From the NCBI RefSeq assembly GCF_009914755.1, contig NC_060936.1: a DNA stretch of 64,000 bases; one strand, given 5' to 3'. This stretch comes from the human T2T-CHM13v2.0 reference genome, Homo sapiens. Of the stretch, positions 14,141-29,749 are shown piece after piece; position 1 is the stretch's first letter, and every line of letters starts with the position of its first letter. The translations under genes and the position numbers were made by a program. Below the pieces are notes generated by a model that had not been told where the DNA came from, made no database searches, and saw only the letters and a program-made list of their open reading frames with translations.

Positions 14141-15615
14141 TAGAATAAAAACTAGACCGAATTATGCATTATGTTTCTTTCCTCTTCCCAATTTTTGATA
14201 CCTGAAAATGATAATCTCCAGGTCAAGCCTAACAGAGCATTGCCTGTTGCCCGATGGTAATAACACCAAGAGCAGGCGCAATGCCTATATGGGGTCAATT
14301 TATAGCCTAGACACATAGCTCTAAACACATTCTCAGTGATTCATTCCAATTACTCCTCCACCTGGTGGATTTACACTGGCATTTTTCATGCCTATCTAGG
14401 TTCTTCCTAGTACCTCACCTTTTCGGCCAACTTTCACTGGTCATCCATTGGTTAAAACTCAGTCAATGTCATATCATCTTGTCAAAGCATGTTCAAACCA
14501 ACAGTAAATAATATATAAATAATATCTAATAGTAAATAATAATGGAAATATAGTAAATAATAAATAGTATATAAAATATATAACTAAATGACACATAAGT
14601 GAGTTCTAGATCACCATGCCAACTCAATCCTCCAACCTCATAAGAACTGAAAATCCATTATCAAAGACACTATGAAAATACAGCATAAAATAGACCCAGA
14701 TACTTCCTGAGAGGTTAACAACATGTAGCCCACCAGAGGAAGAGCTGCAGCTGGAGCTAGCTGGGCTCTGTGAGCTAAAACCACACAGGAAGCCTCAAGC
14801 ACAGGGGCTTACTGCGTACCAGGAGGCCCAGGGGGACCCTGACAAGACCTCCTCTCTTCTCCCGCTTTCATCCAAGGTCTAGGAACAAGGCAAAAAGCTA
14901 ATTCTTAAAATAACAGGGATTTAAGATGTACCTTTAAATCCTTGGCTTGCTTTAAATTTGGCCGCTTGAGTATGGATTCTCCCCATAGGTTTACCGTAAG
15001 AAACATTCACATGATAATGTGATATTGTACTAAAGAGTCTGATGATTGAAAATAGAATGTTTGGACCCAGATTGGTAGTTTTTTTTTGTTTTTTTTTTTT
15101 TTTTGTCTTTTTGGGAGTTTTCCTTCATTTTTTTTTTTTTACGATTTCTAATAGTCATACTTTACCTTAGATTCCATGTTTTTGAAAAGTATTTATTTTG
15201 TTGGATTTATTGAAAGTGAGAAAATTAATAATTCCTTTTATTATTATTGACTCTCTTCAAAAATAAGCATTGGCTAATTCTTTGTGCTGTCACTCACATT
15301 CCACAGTTTACTAGCTGAATCAAACCAATATATAGAAAAGACATGTGTCAAATACAGTTTTTGGGGGGTTAGGATTTTTTTGTTGTTGTTATTGTTGCTG
15401 TTTGACATATATCATCTAATTCTCCAAAATGATATCCGTGTTTTAGAGATGAAAAATTAGGGGCATTAGATGACTCACGAAAGGACATTCAATTGACAAA
15501 TGTACATCTATATTTTATGTAGTCTACTTTAATCCTCGCTTATACTTACATAGGTAGGAAGGAGAGGATAAATTATGTGATCATTCTCACCCTACTTTTC
15601 TGTAATTAATTATAG

Positions 15616-15903
<288 letters not shown>

Positions 15904-16557
15904 TGAGGAAAACCATCTTTAAAAGGCTGCTTTCCAAAGATAACTCCTCCTCTCCAAAAAGAGTTGCCTATACATGTTCTCCCTCTTCACATATGAATTC
16001 TGCTGTGTTAAAATGCTGAGTTCTAGAGAAGAGGGGGAATCTTGTGGAAACCCATATTATTAAAAATCATCTCAGCCTCACAGTTCAAATGTTGGAAAAA
16101 TCAAACCACCAAGATATTTTATTAACAGTATTTCCTACCATAATCTACCTTAATAACAGCACCAATAATCCTTTTCTCACAGGTAGAGAATATCTTTTCC
16201 AACAGAGAAATACCCGTAACCAATGCAAATATTTTTTACTCATGTGCCATATTTGCTGTTGGAAATCATTATACAATGAAAAATATGTACAAAGTTCAGT
16301 ATGTCACATAAACCAAATATTGTAGAATAATTCAAATTGGAAGAGTTGCAACTATTAAATGGGATGAAGAAAGTTTATTGTACCATCATTAGTCTTTAGC
16401 ATTGTACTTGTTATTTTACAAAATATCTGTTTATATAGCTTTCAATCCAAGTTGATCATACATTCAGGGAAGGCAGAAATTGTGTTACTCACTTTTGAAC
16501 CATCAACATACAGTGCAATTTATAAAAACCACTAATAAATAATTGCTGAATGAATGC

Positions 16558-16933
<376 letters not shown>

Positions 16934-16955
16934 TAAATTATAAGTACTAAAAAGC

Positions 16956-17253
<298 letters not shown>

Positions 17254-18305
17254 TAAAAAACTAATGTTATGTTATTGTTAACTTGATTTTTTCTTATTAA
17301 CATATGATGTTCCAATGAGTCATTGTTAAAAATTGGAGTAACAAGGAGAAATATGAAGAGAGAAAAACACTTCCTTATAAAATTACATTAATATGTTTCC
17401 TTTCTATAATTTCTATGCAACATACTGGGAATCACACATTAGTTTACAACCCAATTCATAAATTAGCATTATGCCAGAAGCATTTCTCATGTCATTGAAT
17501 ACTTCATAAGTCATTTGAAAGTGTGTATGTTTTTTAATTGTATGATTGTATCATATATACTAACCCTTTCATTATTGTTGGACCCAAGATTTTACCTGGT
17601 ATTTGACAATTCCAATAATGCTAAGGTAAAATCTTGAGTGTGTACCATTTTGTCCACATTATTTTCTGAAGATAGATTTCTAGTAGACTCATTGGCTCAA
17701 AAAGTACTACCATTTTTTAAGGTTATCAATATATTTTGCTAAATTTGTGTGCAGTAGTTATCTACTAACATTTGCTACAGCAGTTTATGAGAATATAGTT
17801 ATTACTTCATTCTGACCAGCAAGACTAATTTTCAAATAAGCCTTGATTTTAGAGCTTGGTTTATGTGGTGATGCCATCTGGTGGCCTAGTACAAAATTAC
17901 AGAATCAGAAGTGAAAAACCTTTTGAAAACTGTAATGAGCAAAATTAAATTTATAAGGTGATGGCAAATAGCACAAGTCTTATACGTTGTCAGAAAGCAT
18001 TCTTGCTGTTTGGATTTCTAAAAATTATCAGGAGCCATGTAAAATGAAGATTACAAACTCAAACAATGCTCATTCATTCATCTCTTCAACCTGAGTTTTT
18101 GGAGTACCTACCACATGGTAGTACTATTCCCTGCTGATGAAAAAGATGAAGTCTCCATGCATGATTTCCAGGAATGTGTAGTTTAATGGGGATACATAAT
18201 GCAAATTTACCACTATAAATTTTACCAAAGGCTTTTACAAGTGGTGACTAATATTTACTAATATTTGTCATTTGAATCATTTTTATCAAATGTACGATAT
18301 GTAAT

Positions 18306-18781
18306 TGTGGTTGACTTTCTCTAAAATAACTCCAGTCATCATTCCACTTCTTGGTATTCATGCCATTGTATAATCTTCTTCCCAGAGTGTGTGCTCAAGT
18401 TGGCATCTCTGTTTCTCTTTCTCTCCCTCTTTCTCTCCCACTCCCCTCTCCCACATACACGTCCCCAGCAGAAAACAGAATAACAAACTGCCATGAAGTG
18501 AGTAGCTCTATGGAGAGGTCTATGAGGCAAGGCATTGACATTTCTCCTGTTAACAGTGAGTGAGGACCTCACACCAGCCAACAGCATGTGCATGAGGCTG
18601 CATATGAGTCTGCCCCAACTGAGCCTTCAGATGACTGTAGCCCTCACCCACACCCCAAAGGCATCCTTGTGAGAAACTCTAAGTCAGAGTCACCCATGGC
18701 TGGATTCCTGACCCAAAAAAAGCATAAGTTGTGGGATAATTTAGTAATTTGTTACACACAAATAGTTAACTAATTAACTAA
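18306..18781 (+). mobile_element. MaLR LTR (MLT1E/F-like)
   Basis: cccaactgagccttcagatgactgtagccc and terminal gtaatttgttacacacaaatagttaactaa. Confidence 0.75.
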
Positions 18782-18795
18782 TAAAAAGAATTTGA

Positions 18796-19102
<307 letters not shown>

Positions 19103-19850
19103 GCTATTCAAACATTTGAATAGTGATTTCAACATAATTACTCAAGTCCTATACAAAATTACTTAAGTCCTATACAAATTTAAACTACAATTACAGATTT
19201 AGTTAAGCTAAGTCTTTTGAGCACCTCAAACACCTTAAGTAGCAAATATACCCAAAGAAAATTATTACAAAACCTATTGCTTACTCTTAAACCTATCCTA
19301 AAATATAACAATAGTTTTTAAACTTCATTTCTTTTGTTATTCCTATAATTTTTATTCTTCTCTAAGGCTATAATTCCACTTGATACCTTCCATTAGTTGT
19401 ATTAATGCATCCTTTTACATCTTTCTGGGCTTGTAGTGATCTCCCTAGACCAATAAGCAAAATATTTCAGTAAATGGCTGGTCAAGCAACTGATTTTTAG
19501 TCAGTTTGGGACCCGTTTGTTTTTGCCACGATAATTAACTCCAGCTGCAGGCCATGAAGTCATCTCCTATTTTAGAGTTAAACTTCTTTTGTTATAAAAA
19601 TAAGACATTTCAAATTCTCATCTTTCACATATGTTTTTGGATTTTTATAACCTAATATCTCCATCATAAATGATACGTTTCAAGTCTCAACCAACATTTC
19701 ATTATGTATTATCCTATCTCTATTATATACTGATATTTTATGTTAGGATTATTACAAATTATGTATGCTTTATTGTATTATTTAAGGGCCACTTAGAAAT
19801 TCTATATCCTAGGAAAAGAGAAATGAAAGTTTTGTAGTAAGCTTCCTTTT

Positions 19851-22106
19851 CATTATTATTATTATTTTTGAATTATACTTTAAGTTCTGGGATACATGTG
19901 CAGAACGTGCAGGTTTGTTACATAGGTATACACGTGCCATGGTGGTTTGCTGCACCCATCGACCCGTCATCTACATTAGGTATTTCTCCTAATGCTATCC
20001 CTCCCCTAGCCCCCCACCCTCTGACAGGCCCTGGTGTGTGATGTTTGCCTCCCTGTGTCCATATATTCTCATTGTTCAACTCCCACTTATGAGTGAGAAC
20101 ATGTGGTGGTTGACTTTCTGTTCCTGTGTTGCTTTGCTGAGAATGATGGTTTCCAGCTTCATCCATGTCCCTGCAAAGGACGGGAACTCATCCTTTTTTA
20201 TGGCTGCTTAGTATTTTATGGTGTATATGTGCCACATTTTCTTTATCCAGTCTATTATTGATGGACATTTGGGTTGGTTCCAAGTTTTTGCTATTGTGAA
20301 CAGTGCTGCCATAAACATACATGTACATGTGTCTTTATAGTAGAATGATTTATAATCCTTTGGGTATATACCCAGTAATGGGATTGCTAAGTCCAATGGT
20401 ATTTCTGGTTCTAGATCCTTGAGGAATCGCCACACTGTCTTCCACAATGGTTGAACTAATTTACACTCCCAACAGTGTAAAAGCGTTTCTATTTCTCCAC
20501 AGTCTCTCCAGCATCTGTTATTTCCTGACTGTTTAATGATTGCCATTCTAAGTGGCATGAGATGGTATCTCATTGTGGTTTTGATTTGCATTTTTCTAAT
20601 GACCAGTGATGATGAGCTTTTTCTCCTATGTCTGTTGGCAGCATAAATGTGTTCTTTGGGGGAGTATCTGTTCATATCCTTCACCCACTTTTTGATGGGG
20701 TTGTTTTTTTTTTCTTGTAAATTTAAGTTCCTCGTAGATTCTGGATATAGCCCTTTGTCAGATGGATAGATTGCAAAAATTTTCTCCCATTTTGTAGGTT
20801 GCCTGTTCACTCTGATAATAGTTTTTTGTTTTTTTTTTCTGTGCAGAAGCTCTTTTGTTTGGTTAGATCCCATTTGTCAATTTTGGCTTTTATTGCCAGT
20901 TTTTGGTGTTTTAGTCATGAAGTCCTTGCCCATGCCTATGTCCTGAATGGTATTGCCTAAGTTTTCTTCTAGGGTTTTTATGGTTTTAGGTCTTATGCTT
21001 AAGTCTTTAATCGATCTTGAGTTAACTTTTCTATAAGGTATAAGGAAGGTGTCCAGTTTCAGTCTTCTGCATTTGGCTAGACAGTTTTCCCAACAGCATT
21101 TGTTAAATAGGGAATCCTTTCTCCATTGCTTGTTTTTGTCAGGTTTGTCAAAGATCAGATGGTTGCAGATGTGTAGCACTGCTTATGAGGCCTCTGTTCT
21201 GTTTCATTGGTCTATATATCTGTTTTGGTACCAGTACTGTGCTGTTTTGGTTACTGCAGCCTTGTAGTATAGTTTGAAGTGAGGTAGCGTGATGCCTGTA
21301 GCTTTTTTCTTTTTGCTTAGGATTGTATTGGCTATATAGGCTCTTTTTCGGTTCCATATGAAATTCAAAGTGTTTTTTTTTTTTTTTTCTAATTCTGTAA
21401 AGAAAATCAGTGGTAGACTGATGGGGATAGCATTGAATCTATAAATTACTTTGGGCAGTATGGCCATTTTCACGATATTGATTCTTCCTATCCATGAGCA
21501 TGGAATGTTTTTCCATTTGTTTGTGTCCTCTCTTATTTCCTTGAGCAGTGGTTTGTAGTTCTCCTTGAAGAGGTCCTTCAAATCCCTTGTAAGTTGTATT
21601 CCTAGGTATTTAATTTTCTTTGTAGCAACTGTGAATGGGAGTTCACTCAGGATTTGGCTGTTTGCCTATTATTGGTGTATAGGAATGCTTGTGATTTTTG
21701 CACATTGATTTTGTATCCTGAGACTTTGCTGAAGTTGCTTATCAGCTTAAGGAGATTTTGGGCTGAGATGATGGGGTTTTCTAAATATACAATCATGTCA
21801 TCTGCAAAGAGAGACAATTTGACTTCCTGTCTTCCTATTTGAATACCCTTTCTTTCTTTCTCTTGCCTGATTGCTCTGGCCAGAACTTCCAATATTATGT
21901 TGAATAGGAGTGGTGAGAGAGGGCATCCTTGTCTTGTGCCAGTTTTCAAAGGGAATGCTTCCAGCTTTTGCCCATTCAGTATGATATTGGCTGTGGGTTT
22001 GTCATAAATAGCTCTTATTATTTTGAGATACGTTCCATCAATACCTAGATGCAGAAAAGGCCTTTGATAAAATTCAACACCTCTTCATGCTAAAAACTCT
22101 CAATAA
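19851..22106 (-). mobile_element. 5'-truncated L1PA with 5' inversion
   Basis: ORF2 RT and C-terminal peptides ([32 protein letters not shown]) plus the L1PA 3' UTR; 22049-22106 is inverted; 15-bp TSD agtaagct(t/c)cctttt at 19836-19850 and 22107-22121. Confidence 0.95.
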
Positions 22107-22441
22107 AGTAAGCTCCCTTTTTAAGACATTTGGCTAAGTCATCATTTTATAACACAATATTCAACTCCCCTTTCTCTCTCCTTTCTTACTGTACATGAGC
22201 ATCCTGTGTCTAGTTCTGCTTTTTCTAAACTGTTTGACTCACAATTCCCAATATTTTTATCCTTTACTTATACAGTTTTAAAAAATACTGCTGTATAAAC
22301 ACACATATATTTAAAAAGAGGAAATAGAATGATTTAGATATATTAAAATACAACTTACTAAAATTTTTATCAGTTTATTGAAATACATTTTTTAAATCTA
22401 ATCTATTATATTCCTCCTCTTAGATTACAGCTACCAATAGT

Positions 22442-23543
22442 AAAACACAGCATCTTAGTATCACTGGCAGCTAGCACAGCCCTTGGACGGGTGACCTACA
22501 AGTAAACAATTCATGATTATATTGCGACACAAACATATTGGCGTGATAAATCAGATGAAAGAAATTAGCATATAAATTAAAAGTGTAATTGCAACAGTGT
22601 TTGAAACAAAACAATATTAATAACTACCAATAGTTGTAATCTAGAGAACTTTTGTCTTTTAAGTATCATTAGAAACTCATTGCCTTATAAAATATTAGTG
22701 TATTTCAATTAATTTATTATTATTAATGCTCAACTTGTCACAACTTGATCAAAATAAGCTGCTTCCTCCTGACTCCTGTGTTCTTTGTCTTATATGTTTC
22801 CTTATTTGCTGAAACAGTAGTGTCCAACAGTAGTGGCACTAGGGTTTATAAGGTAGGAGTGGGCAAAAGTACTGTCACTGCTATTTGTCCTTTTTGTAAA
22901 AATTTGAAGTGAGAGTCACAGGTGATGGAACGATTTTACAGACACAGATTTATTTGTGTTTGATTTAAATTTATTTAAACACTCCTTACTTTTCCTATAC
23001 TATGAGACTCATAAACTGCAAAGACTTTTCACAACAAGGAAATTTTAGATTGTATCCACTCATCTTCAGCTAATAAATCCTCCACACTGCAGGCAGCCTA
23101 TTCTCCTAAAATGCAATCTTTACCCTTTCTCTCCTCCATTGAAAATGACTTCCCTTCGAATGTAAGATAAGCATCAAAAATTAACTCATTCTCTGGCCTC
23201 TACTTCTTCATCTTCTGTGACTCTCCCTACTCCCAGTCTCCTCCTACATTGGCTTTCTTTTAGATTTCAAATGCACCAACATAGGTATTTGGAAATAAGT
23301 GTCATTCTTGAGGATTTTTAAATCTAGTGCAAGAAAGCATTGCAGTAAACCACAACAAAACACAGTGTCTTCTTAGTATCACTGGCAGCTCGCACAGCAC
23401 TTGGAACACGGGTGTCCTGCAAGTAAACGATTCATGATTATATTGCAGCAAGAACATATTGGCATGATAAATCAGATGAAAGAAATTAACATATAAATCA
23501 AAAGTATTATTGCAACAGTGTTTGAAACAAAACAAATATTAAT
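22442..23543 (+). repeat. ~180-bp direct duplication (22442-22621 and 23357-23543)
   Basis: Two diverged copies of cttagtatcactggcagct...gataaatcagatgaaagaaatta...ttgcaacagtgtttgaaacaaaac. Confidence 0.9.
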
Positions 23544-23653
23544 TATCTAGATCAAAACAAAATTACAGAAGCATAAAATTATTGAGGATGGCAACAGCAT
23601 AATGTGGAACAGTGCCCAATAAAAGCCAGCAAAAAAGATGAATGTAAGAAAAT

Positions 23654-23946
23654 CTTTTTTTTTTTTTTTTTAAACGGAGTCTCGCTCTGTCGCCCAGGCT
23701 GGACTGCAGTGGCACGATCAAGGCTCACTGCAAGCTCCGCCTCCCAGGTTCACGCCATTCTCCTGCCTCAGCCTTCTGAGTACAGTAGCTGGGACTACAG
23801 GCGCCCGCCACTGCGCCTGGCTAATTTTTTGTCCTTTTTTTAGTAGAGACGGGGTTTCACCGTGGTCTCGAGCTCCTGACCTCGTGATCCGCCCGCCTCG
23901 GCCTCCCAAAGTGTTGGGATTACAGGCGTGAGCCACCGCGCCCGGC
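23654..23946 (-). mobile_element. Alu (AluY-like) with small internal deletion
   Basis: CpG-rich reverse Alu, gcaagctccgcctcc / cacgccattctcc diagnostics. Confidence 0.92.
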
Positions 23947-25164
23947 ATCAAAACATGCTATGCACGTGCTGCAGTCTCTGCCTCAAGTTGCTTAATGGGT
24001 GTGTCTGTGTGCATGCAAACACACACACATTTACACATACAAATAATGACTTTCTACATTGAGAATAAAAGGTTAATGTTCAGAATTTTAACATTTAATA
24101 AATCACTAGAGTGGATTGATAGGACTCACATTTGTCCTAAACCCACCTTCCTAAGGTCACTCACAACAAATTATAGCATGTGTTTTTATTTTCTTTGATT
24201 TTTTTTTTACAACTGCTATAACTACAAAAGCAAGGATAATTATAAATCAGACTTTTATATGCCAGGCATGTCCTGAAAGCCTTTCCAAGCCATAAAAGAC
24301 AAGATAGTTTCCTTCAGTTCTTCCGCTGGCATGGCTATCTGTTGATGGAGGAAGCAAGGCTCAGCATTAAATATTCACTTGGATTACTGAGAAGGATAGT
24401 CAAAAAAGAACTAAAAGAGAATTAGAAGAATGGTGAGAAGGGCCTAAACATTACCGTGTAATGCATTATACACAATTGCCTGACATTCATGTTATTTCCT
24501 TAAATAACAAGAGAGTCTTACATTGCAAACATACATTGACTCTATTAGAAATAAAACAAAACAATCTCTCCTGCATTTTCTGCACTGTAATTAATTCACA
24601 GATCCAGGAAGAGATGACGAAGTATTGCTCTGAGCTCTTGGGCTCAGCCTCAGAAGTCATTAGGGATGTTATTTCAAAGAGATTACTTCTTCTTTGCTAT
24701 TAAAAGGCTTATAAATAAGTCTTTTATTATTTATATACAAGTTTATAAATAAAAGGCTTGTAAACTTGTGTATATCAAATGCAGAAAGAAATATTTTGAT
24801 TTACAATAAAGAAAAATAGTCTAGGAGTAGGTAAAGTCCATGACTGCTACCTTGGGAAGAAATGAGTTACATTTCCTTGGAGGTATTCAACCAGAAAGTC
24901 AAGCACTTGGCAGGGAAGTTGTAAAAAGAAATTCACAAACTCATTGAATTGTTGGATATAAGATCCTACTCAAAATTTAAGATTATGTGAGAATAGGTGT
25001 TTACCATAAGTATATTGACTGCCAGTAGTTCTGGATCGTATTTTTTCTTTTGTCATGAGATTTCACCTCTGTGTAAATATTCTCCTCAGTCATTTCTGGA
25101 GAGTAGAGAAACATAACGAGATAAAATATGGGGAAAGAAGAACTTTCTCCATAATCATTCAAGA

Positions 25165-25771
25165 TGTAAACCAAAAATAAAATTCTAAGTCCCCCAACCA
25201 TCTGAATAGACTCCGCCTCTCAGCCAAGAGCATTTCAAAGTCAACCTGAAAAACTAGTTGAGGCCATGATGGGAAGGAGGAGACAGACATGCCTAATTAT
25301 ACCCTCCTACCTTTTGGAATTACTGATGGAACAGACCCTTTCAGTCCCCTAAGAAATATTTACAGCCTATTCTCTCTGAGGCCTGCTACCTGGAGACTTC
25401 ATCTGCATAATGAAACGTTGGTCTCTACAACCTCTTATCATAACCCAAGCATTTCTTTTTATTCACTCCAGGTCTTTAGAAAATAACTCTTTCAACCAAT
25501 TGCCAATGAGAAAATCTCTGAATCAGCCTATGACCTGCAAGCCCCTGCTTCCAGTTGTCCCACCTTTCTGGACCAAACTAATGTACATCTTTCATGTATT
25601 GATTGATGTCTTATGTCTCCCTGAAATGTATAAAACCAAGTTGTAGCCCAACGACCTTGGGCACATGTTCTCAGGTTCTCCTGAGGGCTGTGTCGTGGAC
25701 CATCAGTCACTCAAATTTTGCTCAAAATAAATATCTTCAAATATTTTACAGAGTTTGACTCTTTGTCAACA
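25165..25771 (+). mobile_element. Solo ERV1 LTR, MER4 family (MER4D/E-like)
   Basis: TGTAAACCAAAAATAAAATTCTAAG...TTTTACAGAGTTTGACTCTTTGTCAACA, 4-bp TSD AAGA. Confidence 0.85.
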
Positions 25772-26638
25772 AAGAAAACAATCATTATAATTCATACATC
25801 TCATACATATTGGAAGTAGTTGCTAATAAAAATTATAATTGAGTAGGTTTTCTTCATTTACAAGAATTTCTTTACAGGCCTTCCTGAGTGAAGTGTATAC
25901 TGGAGTTCCATCTGTGGTCTTCCATAGGGTTGAGGATGCTGTTGCATCAGTGATGGGTGGAAAAAGAGTTGATTGGAAAGAGACAAAACTGTAAGATGTT
26001 ATCATTTCAAAGAGGCTCTCCTCCTACTATGATCAGAAGAAAATTAAAATAACAGGTCAGAATACATAAAAGCAGAGCTGTCAGCAAAAGGGCAAGCTGA
26101 GAAGCTGCAGTTTTGGCTTCCTGAGAGATTTAAGACCCTGTTAATTTTTAAACCACAAATCATAAGGGTTTCTTGTTTTGTTTGGTCTTGTTTTGTTTGT
26201 GTTTCATCTTAAACCACCTTGTTTTGTAGTATGGAACCATTTGTATACTGTAATGCCAAATTGTAAGAACATAATTTATAGCTACAGCAATAATAAATAC
26301 AGAATTATTCTGATTTATTCATCCTGGTTATCCTACAAGTCCATTTCTACTTGTCAGATAATCTGCATCTGCATGGACTTCTAATTCAGTGTGAGAGCTC
26401 TTTTTTGTGTGTGATAAGGAGCCCATTGAAATCTATAAGTCACGGGTAGGTAGATCTTATAAATTTGGACATGTGTAATAAAAAGTCTAGAGGTCAAGAG
26501 ACTGAGGGCTGTCGGCAGCTCAACAGCATCATCAATGCCATTCGCTGTCTAAATCCTTCTAATCTTCTGCATTTGGACATGTGGACAACCTTGTGGCCAC
26601 ACATAGCTGCCATAGCCCCAGATCAGTATTCATGGCAA

Positions 26639-27607
26639 TGAAGGGGTGGCCTGCCCCTCCACACCTGTGGGCATTTCTCGTCGGGTGGGACAAGAGACTT
26701 GAGAAAAGAAGAGACACAGAGACAAAGTATAGATAAAGAAAAGTGGGCCCAGGGGACTGGCGCTCAGCATAGGGAGGACCAGCGCCGGCACCGGTCTCTG
26801 AGTTCCCTCAGTATTTATTGGTCATTATCTCTACCATCTCGGAGAGAGGGATGTGGCAGGACAATCGGGTAATAGTGGGGAGAGGGTAAGCAGGAAAACC
26901 TGTGAACAAATGTCTCTGTATCATAAACAAGGTTAAGAAAAAGGTGCTGTGCTTTGATGTGCACATACATAAACATCTCAGTGCATTAAAGAGCAGTATT
27001 GCTGCCAGCATGTCTCAACTCCAGCCTTAAGGCAGTTTTCTCCTATCTCAGTAGATGGAATATACAATCAGGTTTTACACCGAGACATTCCATTGCCCAG
27101 GGACAAGCAGGAGACAGATGCCTTCCTCCTATCTCAACTGCAAAGAGGCCTTCCTCTTTTTCTAATCCTCCTCAGCACAGACCATTTATGGGTGTCGGGC
27201 TGGGGGATGGTCAGGTCTTTCCCTTCCCACGAGGCCATATTTCAGACTATCACATGGGGAGAAACTTTGGACAATACCTGGCTTTCCTAGGCAGAGGTCC
27301 CTGCGGCCTTCCACAGTGTTTTGTGTCCCTGGGTACTTGAGATTAGGGAGTGGTGATGACTTTTAACAAGCATGCTGCCTTCAAGCATCTGTTTAACAAA
27401 GCACATCCTGCATAGCCCTAAATCCATTAAACCTTGAGTCGACACAGCACATATTTCTGCGAGCACAGAGTTGGGGGTAGGGTTACAGATTAACAGCATC
27501 TCAAGGCAGAAGAATTTTTCTTAGTACAGAACAAAATGGAGTCTCTTATGTCTACTTCTTTCTACATAGACACAGTAACAGTCTGATCTCTCTTTCTTTT
27601 CCCCACA
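26639..27607 (-). mobile_element. Solo LTR5 (HERV-K HML-2; LTR5A/5B-like) inserted in an old MLT1-like element
   Basis: 969 bp; minus strand reads TGTGGGGAAAAGAAAGAGAGATCAG...GGCCACCCCTTCA; 5-bp TSD GGCAA. Confidence 0.93.
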
Positions 27608-29253
27608 GGCAAGAAGAGAATAGAGGCAAAGCAAGCCACTCCAGAAGTCCTCTAGCCAGCTTTGTCTTTAGTTTGATGGCCAGAGGTGGGCCATATGGAC
27701 ACTCTGTAGCTGCAAGGGTGCTGGGAAAGCGAGTAACTTCTGAGAATGGCAGGAGATTTGGAATGATTCATGGATTGGCCAACAGTCTCTGCTACTTGAG
27801 GCTAATGGTTACACAAGATTTAACCTTTAACCAGACATCAACAAATTTTTGAGGGCCTATTATTCATACTCCAAAATAAATACGAAAGTCAGGGATCCAA
27901 GAAGGCTCTTTCAATTCCCAGAAAGGGGATAATATATATGCTATATTCCATAGTACATAGTGGATAAAGAAAAACAATATACTATATTTTTTGTGGTATT
28001 TTGATCCTCTGCTCGTTTACCTGCAGCAATTATCAGTAAAAAAAAAATAAAAATAAAAATATAAAAATACTTTTAAGAAAAGGAACTTGAGCAAATGCCT
28101 TTGAGGAAATAAAAACAGTAGAGTTAGAAAAAGTTCACCTGAGGTGTGTGTCAGGGTTAATGGTGATTCCAAAGAGTACCATAGGCAGTAACGACTTTAA
28201 ATGAAAAAGGAAAGAGGGGTGAGTTTCTGGAATCTACACCAAAGAAGAAAAGAAGAATAGTTTGGCCCTGAGCAGAAATATTTGGATATTTTCAAATTGT
28301 TATACAGTATTCATTCTTACATCTATTATTGAAAATTTTTTTTTTTTTTTTTTTTTTTTTGCCTACTCCAGCTAAACACTGTGCTGGTTATCCCCATCCA
28401 TAACTCCTCCCAAAGGGCCCAATAGCCTGCCTTCCAGCAGAGCTAATAATCCATGGTTTAAGTTATGCATTCGGACTGTAAGAAATCTGAATAAAACGTC
28501 ATTCTCCCTTTTATCCAACTGGCAAAATGCATACTCTTCCTCTAAACTCAATTGAATGGAGTTCTTTGAGAAGACTTCCTGATAACATGCTGTGAGTTCT
28601 TTGAACACCTTAATTATGGTCCAATGACTTATGTCTTGACATTGCATTTCAATTATCTGTCTGTATTTCTGTTCTCTGAAGTTTGAGCTTCCTGAGGGAA
28701 AGATCTGTAATTTATTTATCTTTATAATTTCAGTTCTAAGTATAATACCTTACACATAGAAAGAGTTGAATAAACAACTGTTGGACAAATGAGTAAAGGA
28801 ACAAATAAATGTTCTGTTAAGGGAAACAATTATAAACAAAGGAGTCTAAAAAAAGGAGCAATTAATTCTGTATCAAGGCATCTAAAAAGACCAATTTGAT
28901 TTACTTGAATGGCTTTGTTTCTAAACTAAAATACAAAGTTTATGTTTTGAAAGTTTTCAACTTATAAAGAAAAAAGTCATATAATAGTTTGTCTGTATAA
29001 CTCCAGATAATAAAAAATCCCTGTCTAGATTACTATAGTTTATAAGCTAAGAATAAAGGCTAACTAAAATGGGTCATACAAAATGTTCAACAAAAAATAT
29101 TACTATTTCTAAAGAAAGGGAAACATAAACTTACATCTTCTCTACTTTCTTAATCTGTGTAATTCACTTTATTCAGTTCCAAAAGAAAGAAGTCTTGGAA
29201 GACCCAGAATTATTCCATTATCAGAACAGAAATTCTTTCACTCAATTACCTGC

Positions 29254-29535
29254 TTTTTTTTTTTTGAGACAGAGTCTTGCTCTGTTGCTCAGGCTGGAGT
29301 GCAGTGGCATGATCTTGGCTCACTGCAACCTCTGCCTTCCAAGTTCAAGCGATTCTCCTGCCTCAGCTTCCTGAGTAGCTAGGATTACAGGCTTATGCCA
29401 CCATGCCTGGCTAATTTTTGTATTTTTAGTAGAGATAGGGTTCACCACGTGTTGTCCAGGCTGGTCTCGAACTTCTGACCGGGTGATCCAGCTGCCTGGG
29501 CCTCCCAAAGTCCTGGGATTACAGGTGTGAGCCAT
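29254..29535 (-). mobile_element. Alu (AluS-like)
   Basis: Reverse dimeric Alu. Confidence 0.92.
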
Positions 29536-29749
29536 CAATTAACTGCTTTTAACTCACTTCAACTTGGCAATAATCTAATCTAGGGAATTCACTCCCCTTT
29601 CCTAATGTTTTCATGTTCTGAATTCACTCTCTCTGAATTTCAAATATCAATCACCATCAGATAGAATTAAAGGTATCAACAAAATCTTTAGAAACAATAG
29701 CTGATGACACCTTTGTCCTTTACCTGAAAGCTCCACAAACAATTTGGTC

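Noticed and set aside
20208-21949. Longest ORFs in the window (221, 125, 100 aa)
   Set aside because: Frameshifted L1 ORF2 pieces of a 5'-truncated element, not a gene.
25870-25930. Minus-strand PVYTSLR tyrosine motif resembling a KLR cytoplasmic exon
   Set aside because: No convincing donor, and no TM exon found downstream.
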